Shown: positions 1 to 9,507, numbered from the stretch's first letter. The stretch: DNA of 64,000 bases from an uncultured Armatimonadia bacterium (GCA_964622325.1 CAZUOJ010000001.1:65399-129398); one strand, 5' to 3'. Numbers and translations are program-made. Notes: generated by a model from the sequence alone, not told the origin.

Positions 1-1
1 G

Positions 2-334
2 CCGGCGCCAGAGACAACGACAGATCCGGAGGCGCCTTCTGCCTTTTCAACGCCCGGAGAGAAGGCAGCGGTGCCCAAAGAGGCTCCGCCAGAAGAAATC
101 GTAGTCACAGCGCGGGTAGTGGGCTTGTTTTATCGGGGCAAAGAGCCTGGGGGAGCGCCGCTCGTAGAGCTGGGCAGCCATGTAGAAGCCGGCCAGCAAT
201 TGGGCATTATAGAAGTGTTGCGCAAGCCCACAGCCGTGACAGCGCCCGTCGCGGGCGAGATTGTGCAGATTTTCCATGAAGATGGGCATGGGGTCCAATA
301 CGGAGATCCCCTGTTTGTCATTCGTCCGGATTAA
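2..334 (+). CDS. accB: Biotin carboxyl carrier protein (AccB/BCCP), C-terminal part; 5' end lies outside the window
   Basis: The frame is open from position 2 with a Pro/Ala-rich linker (PAPETTTDPEAPSAFSTPGEKAAVPKEAPPEE) followed by a biotinyl/lipoyl-type domain (…GIIEVLRKPTAVTAPVAGEIV…YGDPLFVIRP) that resembles the E. coli and B. subtilis BCCP C-terminus. It sits next to accC as in Firmicutes. The lysine hairpin motif is non-canonical (see findings). Confidence 0.6.
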   Translation, partial: PAPETTTDPEAPSAFSTPGEKAAVPKEAPPEEIVVTARVVGLFYRGKEPGGAPLVELGSHVEAGQQLGIIEVLRKPTAVTAPVAGEIVQIFHEDGHGVQYGDPLFVIRPD

Positions 335-357
335 AAAGTGCGGGAGGGGAGCCCGCG

Positions 358-723
358 ATGAAAGCGCGTTTTTCTTTATCTTTCGGTTTTGCGCTGATAG
401 AAATCATTGTAGTGCTCGCCCTGTTGCTGATTGTGGCGGGAGCCTATTACGGGTTGAGCCATAAAGGGGAAAAAAACGCTCCGGCAAAATCTATTCCGGC
501 CAAAGCTATCGAAAAAGCCCATTCCGTAGAATGTCAGAGCAATTTACAACAAATTCGGCAAATGATCCAGATGGAAGCCGCCACGGGCGAAGGCTTTCCC
601 GCTCGCATAGATCAGGGCGCGACAGCGTCCATAAGTCGTTGCCCGGTCAGCGGCCAGCCCTATAGTTACGATCCGCAAACAGGACGCGTCTGGTGCTCGA
701 CTCCCGGACATGAACGCTATTAA
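358..723 (+). CDS. Prepilin-type N-terminal cleavage/methylation domain protein, short DUF1559-like pseudopilin
   Basis: The N-terminus …SFGFALIEIIVVLALLLIVAG matches the G|F-x-L-I-E prepilin cleavage/methylation motif followed by a hydrophobic helix. The downstream …HSVECQSNLQQIRQMIQM… resembles the conserved C-x-N-N-L-K-Q-I/L motif of DUF1559 'H-X9-DG' pseudopilins. Confidence 0.55.
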   Translation: MKARFSLSFGFALIEIIVVLALLLIVAGAYYGLSHKGEKNAPAKSIPAKAIEKAHSVECQSNLQQIRQMIQMEAATGEGFPARIDQGATASISRCPVSGQPYSYDPQTGRVWCSTPGHERY

Positions 724-1096
724 ATGTCCCCGTGAATTAAGAAGGAGGCAAACAAAAACAGTAGTCCGCTCATAGAATTAGTTGCTCATTTTGAAACAGG
801 GGCGATTACAGGCCATATTTTACGACTAGAGATATTACACGGGAAGTATAGGGATATTCGGTGTGCGAGACATTGACAACAGATAAGACGGCGGCTTTTG
901 GCAAAATGCGCATGAACACAAAAGGCATTATCCCGAGAGAATCGTTGTCTGATAGCCGCTGACTTATCTGTTTCTTTGTGCTTCACAATTATCCGAAAAT
1001 GCCTGATAAAGGATATTGAATCCGTGTGCCGGTTTCAGGATTTAAAAGCCGTTTCCATTTTTGTTTTTAAAGTCTCCATCATCTGGAAAACAATCT

Positions 1097-2449
1097 ATGT
1101 TCGAGAAAATTCTAATTGCTAATCGCGGCGAAATTGCCTGCCGGATTATCCAGGCCTGCCGTGAATTAAAAATTGCCACGGTGGCCGTCTATTCAGAAGC
1201 TGATGCGGAGGCCCTGCATGTGCGGATGGCTGATGAAGCCGTTTGCATAGGGCCGCCGCCCAATCGGGATAGCTATCTGAACGCCGCTAACATCATCAGC
1301 GCCGCTGTGATTACAGGCGCGGAGGCGATTCATCCCGGCTACGGGAATTTGTCCGAAGTGCCGAGCTTTGCGGAAGCCTGTGAAGCCTGCAAAATCACTT
1401 TCATAGGCCCGCCTGCCCATGTAATTGCTTTAATGGGCGATAAGGCGGAGGCGCGGCGGACGATGCAAGCGGCGGGCGTGCCCGTGATTCCGGGCAGCGA
1501 GGGGCCCGTGCGGGACGCTCGAGAGGCGCGTGAAATTGCCGACAAAATCGGCTATCCCGTGCGGATTAAAGCCGTCAGCGGGGGAGGCGGAAGAGGCATC
1601 CGCGTAGTGCAAAATCCCGAACAGATGGCCGCGGCTTTAGACACGGCGCGCGCGGAAGCGCGCGCCGCCTTTGGCAATGATGCCGTGTACATCGAAAAGG
1701 ATATTGAAGAGCCGCGCCATGTGGAAGTGCAGATTTTGGCGGACAAATACGGCAATGTGATCCATTTAGGGGAACGCGATTGCTCCATCCAGTATCGCAA
1801 TCAGAAGCTTTTAGAGGAGGCGCCCTGTCCTGTTGTGTCCAATTCGCTGCGGCGGCGGCTGGGGGAAGCCGCAGTGCGCGCCGCTCAGGCTGTCGGTTAT
1901 GTGAATGCCGGAACGATAGAGTTTTTGCTGGATAAGCGCGGCCGCTTCTATTTTATGGAAATGAATACGCGGATCCAAGTTGAACATCCTGTGACGGAAA
2001 TGCTTACAGGCGTGGATATTGTTCGGGAGCAAATTCGGATTGCCGCGGGCGAGAAGCTCGGCTACGAACAGGGGCGAATCTGGTTCAATGGCCATGCGAT
2101 TGAATGCCGCATTTTAGCCGCGGATGGGGAACGGGATTTTATGCCCTCGCCCGGGCGGATTGAGGAATGGCGCATTCCCTATGGGCCGGGCATTCGTGTG
2201 GATTCGGGGGTGAGCACAGGCTCTGTAGTGACTTCCTATTATGATCCGCTCATTGCGAAAGTGATTTGCTGGGATCATAATCGCGCGGCGGCGATTGCCA
2301 AAATGGAGGGCGCTCTCCGCAGCATGATCGTACGGGGGATTCGCACGACAATTCCCTTCCATTTGCGGCTGTTGGGCAATGCTTATTTTCGGCGGGCGCA
2401 AATTGATACACATTTCCTGGAGCGGCGTATGCTGAGCAGCGAGGAGTGA
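1097..2449 (+). CDS. accC: Acetyl-CoA carboxylase biotin carboxylase subunit
   Basis: [36 protein letters not shown]… is the canonical AccC N-terminus, with the ATP-grasp region and the C-terminal biotin carboxylase domain present. The ORF track offers an upstream ATG at 1061, but homology supports 1097. Confidence 0.9.
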   Translation: MFEKILIANRGEIACRIIQACRELKIATVAVYSEADAEALHVRMADEAVCIGPPPNRDSYLNAANIISAAVITGAEAIHPGYGNLSEVPSFAEACEACKITFIGPPAHVIALMGDKAEARRTMQAAGVPVIPGSEGPVRDAREAREIADKIGYPVRIKAVSGGGGRGIRVVQNPEQMAAALDTARAEARAAFGNDAVYIEKDIEEPRHVEVQILADKYGNVIHLGERDCSIQYRNQKLLEEAPCPVVSNSLRRRLGEAAVRAAQAVGYVNAGTIEFLLDKRGRFYFMEMNTRIQVEHPVTEMLTGVDIVREQIRIAAGEKLGYEQGRIWFNGHAIECRILAADGERDFMPSPGRIEEWRIPYGPGIRVDSGVSTGSVVTSYYDPLIAKVICWDHNRAAAIAKMEGALRSMIVRGIRTTIPFHLRLLGNAYFRRAQIDTHFLERRMLSSEE

Positions 2450-2455
2450 GGCCCA

Positions 2456-2629
2456 TGAATAGCTATGTTCCCATTCATCCATTCTGGCGCGCCCTAGTGG
2501 GAGCGGCCTTTGGCTTTGGCATTGGCCTCACAGGCCTCATTTTTGGCGTGGGGGCAGCTATTTTAATGCTGATCCTTGTGCTTATCGGGGGCATAGTGGG
2601 CGTTTTGCTGATTAGCGGCGAATAAAGGC
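2456..2629 (+). CDS. Small hydrophobic membrane protein (57 aa), not in the ORF track because it is under 60 aa
   Basis: It begins with ATG 6 nt after the accC stop and is preceded by AGGAGTGAGG. The translation MNSYVPIHPFWRALVGAAFGFGIGLTGLIFGVGAAILMLILVLIGGIVGVLLISGE has two Gly-rich TM helices. Its position after accC matches where Firmicutes carry the small Asp23-associated DUF2273-type membrane proteins. Confidence 0.4.
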
Positions 2630-2808
2630 AGATTGGCCTGTTTAGAAGCAGACGCTCATTGAAACAAAAGGCTGCGATGTAAGCCAAGAATGTGCTTTGG
2701 GGCGGAAAAGGCTCATTTGAGGCCTTTGGCGCGTGCAAGCATTTTTGAAAATCGCCGCACATAAAGCAGGGAAATAATTTTGTCCAGGCGATATTTGACA
2801 ATCCGAGA

Positions 2809-3309
2809 GTGCTTGGGGGCGACAGTCCTGTGAAACACAGGGGCGCACGACGGAAAGCACGAGAATTGGCGCTCAGCTTGCTCTTTGCCGCTGATGTCGG
2901 CCAGGGGCCTGGCGCCGCCATGGCCAACGCCTCACATACATTAGAGGTGCTGGTGGAAGAGTGGAATTTGCAGCCCGAGGAGCGCGAAAAACTGACGCCG
3001 GAAATTGAGGATTATGGACGCCGCCTCGCGGATTTATATTTCCGCCATGCACACGAAATAGATCAGCTCTTGCAAAATTATTCCCATGAATGGGCTTTGG
3101 AACGAATGCCGGCAATTGATCGGAATATTTTGCGGATGGCCCTCACAGAGCTTCGTTATATTCCGGAAGTGCCTGTCAATGCGGCGATTAATGAAGCCGT
3201 AGAGCTGGCCAAGCTGTACGGCGGCCCCGATTCAGGGAAATTCGTCAATGGCATTCTCGGCGCGTACGCTCGTGATCATTCTTTATCTGCGCCCAATCCG
3301 CCCTCGTAA
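2809..3309 (+). CDS. nusB: Transcription antitermination factor NusB
   Basis: …RRKARELALSLLF… and …ERMPAIDRNILRMALTELRYIPEVPVNAAINEAVELAKLYGGPDSGKFVNGILG match the NusB signature (KFVNGVL). The exact start is uncertain (ATG 2809 or GTG 2830). Confidence 0.85.
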   Translation: MLGGDSPVKHRGARRKARELALSLLFAADVGQGPGAAMANASHTLEVLVEEWNLQPEEREKLTPEIEDYGRRLADLYFRHAHEIDQLLQNYSHEWALERMPAIDRNILRMALTELRYIPEVPVNAAINEAVELAKLYGGPDSGKFVNGILGAYARDHSLSAPNPPS

Positions 3310-3406
3310 ATGACAGATCGAGCGTTCTCCACGCCCACTATGCAACGCCATGATAATATCTTTTTCTTTCCTTTCTCACAATTTGCTCTAGGAGTGAATC
3401 GGTTTT

Positions 3407-4603
3407 GTGGAAGCCGCCAAGCCCCTTTCAGTTTCAGCATTGACAGCCTATCTCAAGCGTCTTATTGAACGCGACGAAATTTTAGCGGATGTGTCCGTCC
3501 GGGGCGAAATATCCAATTTTTCGCGCCATTCCTCGGGGCATTTGTATTTTTCCTTGAAGGACGCGACAAGCACGCTCAGCTGCGTTTGTTTTCGCAGTGT
3601 GGCCGCGACTTTATCTTTTGAGCCTGCGGATGGGCAGCAAATCATCGCTTCCGGACGTATAACGGTTTTTGAAAAGCAGGGCCGTTATCAATTGATTGTT
3701 GAGGAGATGCAGCCTGATGGCGCCGGGGCATTAGCGGAAGCCTTTGAAGCTCTCAAGCGCAAATTAGAGGCCGAAGGCTTATTTGCCCCGGAGCGCAAGC
3801 GCCCCTTGCCGCGTTTTCCCCGCGGCATTGGCCTCATTACATCGCCGACAGGGGCGGCCGTCCAGGATCTCGTGAGCATTATTTCCCGCCGTTTTCCTTT
3901 AGCCCGAATCGTCATTATTCCCACAATTGTGCAGGGCGAGGAGGCTGTGGACAGCCTTGTCTCATCAATACGCTTTGCGAATACGATTGAAGGCCTGGAT
4001 GTGTTAATCGTGGGACGAGGCGGAGGCTCTTTAGAAGATTTGTGGAGCTTTAATGAGGAAGCTGTCGCCCGGGCTGTTTTTGCCAGCCGTTTGCCTGTGA
4101 TAAGCGCTGTCGGCCATGAGACAGATGTGTGCTTGACGGATTTTGTCGCCGATCTGCGAGCGCCCACGCCTTCAGCGGCCGCGGAGCTTGTTGTGCCCGA
4201 TGCGGCGGAATTGCAACGCCATTTACACGCCTTAGGACGCCATATGCAAAATCGCCTGCTCCATTTCATCCAGCGAGATCGACAGCGCTTACAGCGTCTG
4301 GCCTCTCATCCGCTTATGCAGCGCCCGTATGCGCTTTTAGAAGCGCGTATGCAGCGACTGGATGAGGCTTATGAGGCTTTGCGCCAAAACATACACAGAA
4401 TTGTTGAAGCGAACAAAGCGCGCCTGGAAAAAGCTACTGTAGGGCTCACAGCTTTGAGCCCTCTCTCTGTGTTGAAGCGGGGCTATGCGATCTGCCGTCT
4501 CCGCGCGACAGGAGAAATCGTGCGTTCGATCCAGCAAATTCAGCCCCAAGCGGATTTGTCCATTACAGTTTCCGATGGGGATTTTGCCGCCATTGCCCGT
4601 TAA
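3407..4603 (+). CDS. xseA: Exodeoxyribonuclease VII large subunit
   Basis: It has a GTG start. It carries the N-terminal OB fold (LSVSALTAYLKRLIERDEILADVSVRGEISNFSRHSSGHLYFSLKD) and the catalytic core (…GRGGGSLEDLWSFNEE…). It lies immediately upstream of xseB. Confidence 0.85.
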   Translation: MEAAKPLSVSALTAYLKRLIERDEILADVSVRGEISNFSRHSSGHLYFSLKDATSTLSCVCFRSVAATLSFEPADGQQIIASGRITVFEKQGRYQLIVEEMQPDGAGALAEAFEALKRKLEAEGLFAPERKRPLPRFPRGIGLITSPTGAAVQDLVSIISRRFPLARIVIIPTIVQGEEAVDSLVSSIRFANTIEGLDVLIVGRGGGSLEDLWSFNEEAVARAVFASRLPVISAVGHETDVCLTDFVADLRAPTPSAAAELVVPDAAELQRHLHALGRHMQNRLLHFIQRDRQRLQRLASHPLMQRPYALLEARMQRLDEAYEALRQNIHRIVEANKARLEKATVGLTALSPLSVLKRGYAICRLRATGEIVRSIQQIQPQADLSITVSDGDFAAIAR

Positions 4604-4757
4604 CTGGAAATACAAGCCATGTTCTCGATGATTGCCTGTCCAAACACGGGAACAGATTTTAATCAAGGCCTAAAAGTAAATGGGGACGGAAATAAATCTC
4701 CCTTCTTCCCAGATACTGTGTTAAAATTAAATAATCTAAAATTATAAAGAGCGAGAT

Positions 4758-5090
4758 ATGAGACAAAACAAAGACAAAAAAGAGCCCAAGCCTTTAGAAG
4801 AGCTGACATTTGAAGAAGCAATGGAGCGCCTGGAAGAAATTGTGAGCCAGCTGGATCGGGGCGATTTAGCTTTGGAAGAAGCGATAAAGCTGTTCCAGGA
4901 GGGCACAGCTTTGCGCCAGATATGTGAGCGCAAATTGGCAGAAGCCGAAGCAATTGTAGAGCAATTAATTGTGCCCAAGCAGGAGCCTGAAGAGGAAGAA
5001 GCCCAAACTGATAATATAGATTCTACAACATGGCAGGGGAGCTTGCTCAGCTCGGAAGAGGAAGATGAAGAGGAAATTGAGGAAGAATAA
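4758..5090 (+). CDS. xseB: Exodeoxyribonuclease VII small subunit with an acidic C-terminal tail
   Basis: LTFEEAMERLEEIVSQLDRGDLALEEAIKLFQEGTALRQICERKLAEAEAIV matches the XseB helical hairpin. The tail is Glu-rich (SSEEEDEEEIEEE). Confidence 0.8.
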   Translation: MRQNKDKKEPKPLEELTFEEAMERLEEIVSQLDRGDLALEEAIKLFQEGTALRQICERKLAEAEAIVEQLIVPKQEPEEEEAQTDNIDSTTWQGSLLSSEEEDEEEIEEE

Positions 5091-5182
5091 TCCTCAGAGG
5101 AAGAATAATCATTATGGGCAAATAGCGGGCTTTAACAATTCTGCCGAAGATTTCCAAAAAACAGAGAAAATTTCAAGCTATT

Positions 5183-7060
5183 ATGAGCAGTTTATTGGAG
5201 ACAATTAAGCAGCCTTCGGATTTGCGCCATTTGACACGAGAAGAACTCAAGCAATTGGCTGAAGAGATTCGGCAGCGCATTTTGCAAACCGTTGCGTGCA
5301 CGGGGGGCCATTTGGCGCCGAATTTAGGCGTTGTGGAGCTGACAATTGCTCTTCATCGAACCTTTGATTCTCCCCACGACAAAATCATTTGGGATGTGGG
5401 CCATCAATGTTACGCTCATAAGCTCTTGACAGGCCGTCAACATACATTTCATCGCATTCGCCAGGACGGGGGGCCTTCAGGCTTTCCTTCCAGAAGCGAG
5501 TCGGAACATGATGTCTGGGGCGCGGGACATGGCTCCACTTCCATCTCAGCAGCTCTGGGCTTTGCCACGGCGCGGGATTTGCGCGGCGGCAACGAACATG
5601 TCGTGGCTGTGATTGGCGATGGCGCTTTAACAGGGGGCATGGCTTTCGAAGCGCTCAATCAGGCAGGCCAGCAGCGCGTCAACATGCTCGTTGTGTTGAA
5701 CGACAATGAAATGAGCATCAGCCGCAGCGTGGGCGCAGTAGCGGCTTATTTATCGCGTTTGCGGGCTGGGATAGAGCCCAGCGTCCAGCGCGCCCGACGT
5801 GATTTAGAGCGTGTGCTGCGCTATATGCCCGGCGGCGACACGATGATGCTGGCGATGGAGCGGCTGCATGAAAGCATGAAACAGCTTGTCGTCCCCGGAA
5901 TGCTTTTTGAGGAATTAGGCTTTACATATTTAGGCCCGATTGATGGCCATGACATATCTCAGCTTCTGGAGATGCTGGAGCAAGCGAAGCGCCTTTCAGG
6001 CCCCGTGCTGTTGCATGTGCTCACTGTAAAAGGCAAGGGATATGTGCCCGCGGAATGTGATCCGCAAGCTTTCCACGGCACGCCGCCATTTGATTTGGAA
6101 AACGGCATTGAAGAAATCACAGAAGGGCCGCCAACATTTAGCAAAATCTTTGGCGACACCTTGTGTGAATTAGCCGCCAAGGATCGCCGCATCGTCGCCA
6201 TCTCAGCCGCCATGCTTTCCGGGACAGGCCTGGCCCGCTTTAAACAACTCTATCCAGAGCGCTGCTTCGATGTAGGAATGGCAGAAGAACATGCTGTGAC
6301 ATACGCGGCGGCTTTAGCGGCGGCAGGGCTACGGCCTGTTGTCGCTATTTACAGCACATTTATGCAGCGCGCCTATGATCAAATTTTGCATGATGTATGT
6401 TTGCAAGGGCTGCCTGTTGTGCTGGCTCTGGATCGGGCGGGGCTTGTCGGCGATGATGGCCCCACGCATCACGGCGTTTTTGATATTAGCTATTTGCGGC
6501 ATATTCCGGGCCTCACAATTATGGCGCCGTCCGATGAGCAGGAATTGCGCGATATGTTGTACACAGCTTTCTGCCTCTCCTCGCCTGTGGCTATTCGTTA
6601 TCCCCGTGGCCAGGGCCCGGGGATTTCGTTTGCCCCGGAAATGCAGGAGCTGCCCCTGGGCCGGGGAAGAGTCCTGCGTACTGGCGAAGATGCGACGCTC
6701 ATCACGATTGGGACGATGTTGAGCCAGGCCTTACAGGCGGCAGAAATTTTAGCCCGCGAAGGCATTCAGGCCGGCGTTGTGGATGCCCGTTTTGTGAAGC
6801 CGTTGGATGAAGAATTGCTCTTACAACGAGCTGCTTTGGGGCCTATCGTGACAATTGAGGAGAATGTTTTGGCCGGCGGATTTGGCTCCGCCGTGCTGGA
6901 GCTTTTACACGAGCATGGCCTCCATTCTGTTCGTTTGCATCGTCTGGGAATTCCCGATCGCTTTATTCGCCACGGAAGCCGAGAAAAGCTATGGGCCGAA
7001 ATTGGGCTATTGCCCGAGCAAATTGCGGCGAGCATTCGGGAGCTTATCGGCCATCAATAG
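5183..7060 (+). CDS. dxs: 1-deoxy-D-xylulose-5-phosphate synthase
   Basis: TGGHLAPNLGVVELTIALHRTFDSPHDKIIWDVGHQCYAHKLLTGR is the Dxs N-terminal signature. The protein is 625 aa with transketolase-like domains. Confidence 0.9.
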   Translation: MSSLLETIKQPSDLRHLTREELKQLAEEIRQRILQTVACTGGHLAPNLGVVELTIALHRTFDSPHDKIIWDVGHQCYAHKLLTGRQHTFHRIRQDGGPSGFPSRSESEHDVWGAGHGSTSISAALGFATARDLRGGNEHVVAVIGDGALTGGMAFEALNQAGQQRVNMLVVLNDNEMSISRSVGAVAAYLSRLRAGIEPSVQRARRDLERVLRYMPGGDTMMLAMERLHESMKQLVVPGMLFEELGFTYLGPIDGHDISQLLEMLEQAKRLSGPVLLHVLTVKGKGYVPAECDPQAFHGTPPFDLENGIEEITEGPPTFSKIFGDTLCELAAKDRRIVAISAAMLSGTGLARFKQLYPERCFDVGMAEEHAVTYAAALAAAGLRPVVAIYSTFMQRAYDQILHDVCLQGLPVVLALDRAGLVGDDGPTHHGVFDISYLRHIPGLTIMAPSDEQELRDMLYTAFCLSSPVAIRYPRGQGPGISFAPEMQELPLGRGRVLRTGEDATLITIGTMLSQALQAAEILAREGIQAGVVDARFVKPLDEELLLQRAALGPIVTIEENVLAGGFGSAVLELLHEHGLHSVRLHRLGIPDRFIRHGSREKLWAEIGLLPEQIAASIRELIGHQ

Positions 7061-7087
7061 CGAAAGCGATTTACAGGAGAAAGCATA

Positions 7088-8554
7088 ATGACGACGCGTT
7101 TAATGCCGCTTGCCGGGCTCATCATACTATTTTCGCATATTGCCGGAGCGCAGCCCCTCCCCTCAGAAATGGAGCTGGGCATGAAAGCCTACGCTTCCGG
7201 CCAGATGGAACAAGCGCTCAAGCATTTTGAACAGGCGCTCAAAGCCAGCCCCAATAATCCTGTCTTGCTGTGCTGGCTCGGCACAACATATTTGCAGCTA
7301 GGCCAGCTCTCGCAAGCAGAGGCAACTTTAAAAAAATGTTTGATGGCCCTGCCGCGTTATGCCATTGCCCATAACAATTTAGGAAATGTATATTTGGCGC
7401 AGGGACGCCTGAGCGAGGCGGAAGCGTGTTATCAAAAGGCGATTGCTTTAAAGGCAGATTATTTTGATCCGCATTTTAATTTAGCCAATCTTTATATGCG
7501 TCAGGGACGCGATGAAAAGGCATGGAATGCCTTTTCACGCGCGCTCAAGATAAATCCAAATGATTATGAGGCTCGTGTACAATTTGGCGCGGCTTTGCAG
7601 AAAATAGGAGAGGCGGAGAAGGCAATTGCGCATTATGAAGCTGCCTATCGTTTGCGCCCCCAAGAAAAACATTTATTGCTCATTTTAGGGGCTCTGTATT
7701 TAAAAATTGCTCGCTATGACAAGGCAAAAGAATATTACGAACAGGCGCTCCAACACGATTCGCAAAATGCGGAAGCGCATATCGGCCGTGGCATAGCTTT
7801 GTATCATTTAAGGCAATTTCCCGAAGCGTTACAAGAATTAAAACAGGCCGAAACGCTTGCTCCGCGCTCCTTTGCAACTTATTATAATCAAGGGCTGATA
7901 TATGAAGCGCTGGGAGATGTGCCGGCAGCGGAAGCCGCTTATCGCAAAGCTTTAGAATTGAAGCCAGAAGACGCGATGGCTTTGAATAATCTGGGCAGCC
8001 TGGCATTCAAGCAGGAGCGTCTTGCTGAATCTTTGCAGCTTTTTGAGCGAGCGGCTCAAGCCGATGAAGCATTTTCCTGGGCCCATATCAATTGGGCTTT
8101 AGCTTTGGAAGCGGCGGGAAAAAAAGAAGAGGCATTCGCCCAATGGCAGCAGGCTGCTAAACGATTTCCCAATGAAGCTGCCGTTTTTAATGGCTTGGGG
8201 AATGCCTATTATGAGCGCCAAAAATTTCCCGAAGCCTTATCTGCGTATTTGCGGAGCCTGCAGTTGGAGCCGAATAATCCGCAAATCTTAAATAATGTGG
8301 GCTTGATTTATCTGGCACAAGGCAAACTAGATATGGCAGAAACGCATTTCCGGAAAGCTTTGCAGGCTAATCCTAAATTCGCGCCGGCGGCGAATAATTT
8401 AGGCGTTGTATTGGAGCATCGAGGCCGGCTGGAGGAAGCCAGAGCCCAATATCAGCGCACGCTCCAAATCGAGCCGCAATTTGAGCCAGCCCAGAAAAAT
8501 TTGCAACGTTTAGAAAGCGCTCCGGCAACATCAACGCCGAAAGCATCAGGATAA
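7088..8554 (+). CDS. Secreted tetratricopeptide (TPR) repeat protein
   Basis: It has an N-terminal signal peptide (MTTRLMPLAGLIILFSHIAGAQP). There are more than 12 successive ~34-aa repeats with the W-LG-Y / A-F-A-P consensus (e.g. AHNNLGNVYLAQGRLSEAEACYQKAIAL). A good RBS (AGGAGAAAGCATA) precedes the ATG. Confidence 0.8.
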   Translation: MTTRLMPLAGLIILFSHIAGAQPLPSEMELGMKAYASGQMEQALKHFEQALKASPNNPVLLCWLGTTYLQLGQLSQAEATLKKCLMALPRYAIAHNNLGNVYLAQGRLSEAEACYQKAIALKADYFDPHFNLANLYMRQGRDEKAWNAFSRALKINPNDYEARVQFGAALQKIGEAEKAIAHYEAAYRLRPQEKHLLLILGALYLKIARYDKAKEYYEQALQHDSQNAEAHIGRGIALYHLRQFPEALQELKQAETLAPRSFATYYNQGLIYEALGDVPAAEAAYRKALELKPEDAMALNNLGSLAFKQERLAESLQLFERAAQADEAFSWAHINWALALEAAGKKEEAFAQWQQAAKRFPNEAAVFNGLGNAYYERQKFPEALSAYLRSLQLEPNNPQILNNVGLIYLAQGKLDMAETHFRKALQANPKFAPAANNLGVVLEHRGRLEEARAQYQRTLQIEPQFEPAQKNLQRLESAPATSTPKASG

Positions 8555-8634
8555 TAAACATGTCGATTATTGGATTTCACAGTCGTTTTTGAAGCCAAAC
8601 ATGGGAAGCTGAGTCTTGTTTATTAAGGAAGTAT

Positions 8635-9507
8635 ATGTCGGATACATTGCGTCGCATTCAGCGTGTTGGCATTGTTGTTGCGCCTCATCGCCCAAGAGCG
8701 ATTGAGATAGCCAATCAATTAGCTGCGCAATTGCAGAAGCGGGGCTGCGCATGTGTGTTTGAGGAGGCCATCCAGGGCAATGGGCTGCTGCCGGGGCCTT
8801 TTGCCTCATTAAGCGATTGCGCGCAAACGGATCTCATGATTGTTTTAGGCGGAGATGGCACGCTTCTTGTCGCTGCTCATGAAGCTGCTCCGCAGGGCAC
8901 GCCTCTTTTGGGCGTGGATATGGGGAGCTTCGGCTTTTTGGCCGCAGAAGATCCACATGAGCTTCTGCGCCGCGTCGATCAGCTCCTGGCGGGCGATTTT
9001 ACGCTTGAACGCCGTGTCATGTTAAAAACGCAGGGCCCTCATAGCACGCCCTGGGCGCTCAACGATATTGTCGTAGCTAAATCAACATATGGGCGTATTG
9101 TACGGCTGCGGACATTTTTAGATGGAGATTATATCGCCACATTTCCTGCAGATGGCTTGATTATTGCTACAGCCACAGGCTCCACTGCGTATAATCTTTC
9201 GGCGGGCGGGCCTATTGTGGATGCGCGGATGGAAGCCATCGTGTTGACGCCGATTTGCCCTCATACATTGTATTCGCGGCCGCTATTAGTGCCCAGCGAT
9301 GTCACAATCGATATCCAATTGATTGGGGATGGCAAGGCCGATCCGCAAGCCGCTATTTTTGTTGATGGCGCACAATTGGGGCTGCTAAATGAAGACGAAC
9401 ATATACACATTACGCGGGCGCCGCAAGATGCTTTATTAGTGCAATTGACGCCAGGACATTTTTATCATCGTCTACGAGAAAAATTGAAATGGGGGATGGA
9501 ACGCTGA
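8635..9507 (+). CDS. nadK: NAD(+) kinase
   Basis: GGDGTLL motif, NDIVV and ATGSTAYNLSAGGPIV motifs typical of NadK/PpnK. Confidence 0.85.
   Translation: MSDTLRRIQRVGIVVAPHRPRAIEIANQLAAQLQKRGCACVFEEAIQGNGLLPGPFASLSDCAQTDLMIVLGGDGTLLVAAHEAAPQGTPLLGVDMGSFGFLAAEDPHELLRRVDQLLAGDFTLERRVMLKTQGPHSTPWALNDIVVAKSTYGRIVRLRTFLDGDYIATFPADGLIIATATGSTAYNLSAGGPIVDARMEAIVLTPICPHTLYSRPLLVPSDVTIDIQLIGDGKADPQAAIFVDGAQLGLLNEDEHIHITRAPQDALLVQLTPGHFYHRLREKLKWGMER

Noticed and set aside
786-986. 66-aa minus-strand ORF in the spacer between the pilin-like gene and accC
   Set aside because: It lies in an AT-rich intergenic region, has no RBS and a Cys/Arg-rich low-complexity translation. It is more likely promoter or leader DNA for accC.
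3688-4269. 193-aa antisense ORF inside xseA
   Set aside because: It is fully embedded antisense in a well-supported gene. The Ala/Ser/Arg-rich composition is typical of GC-rich antisense frames.
6339-6722. 127-aa alternative-frame ORF within dxs
   Set aside because: It is the same strand but off-frame inside a highly conserved enzyme, with a Cys/Leu-rich nonsense composition.
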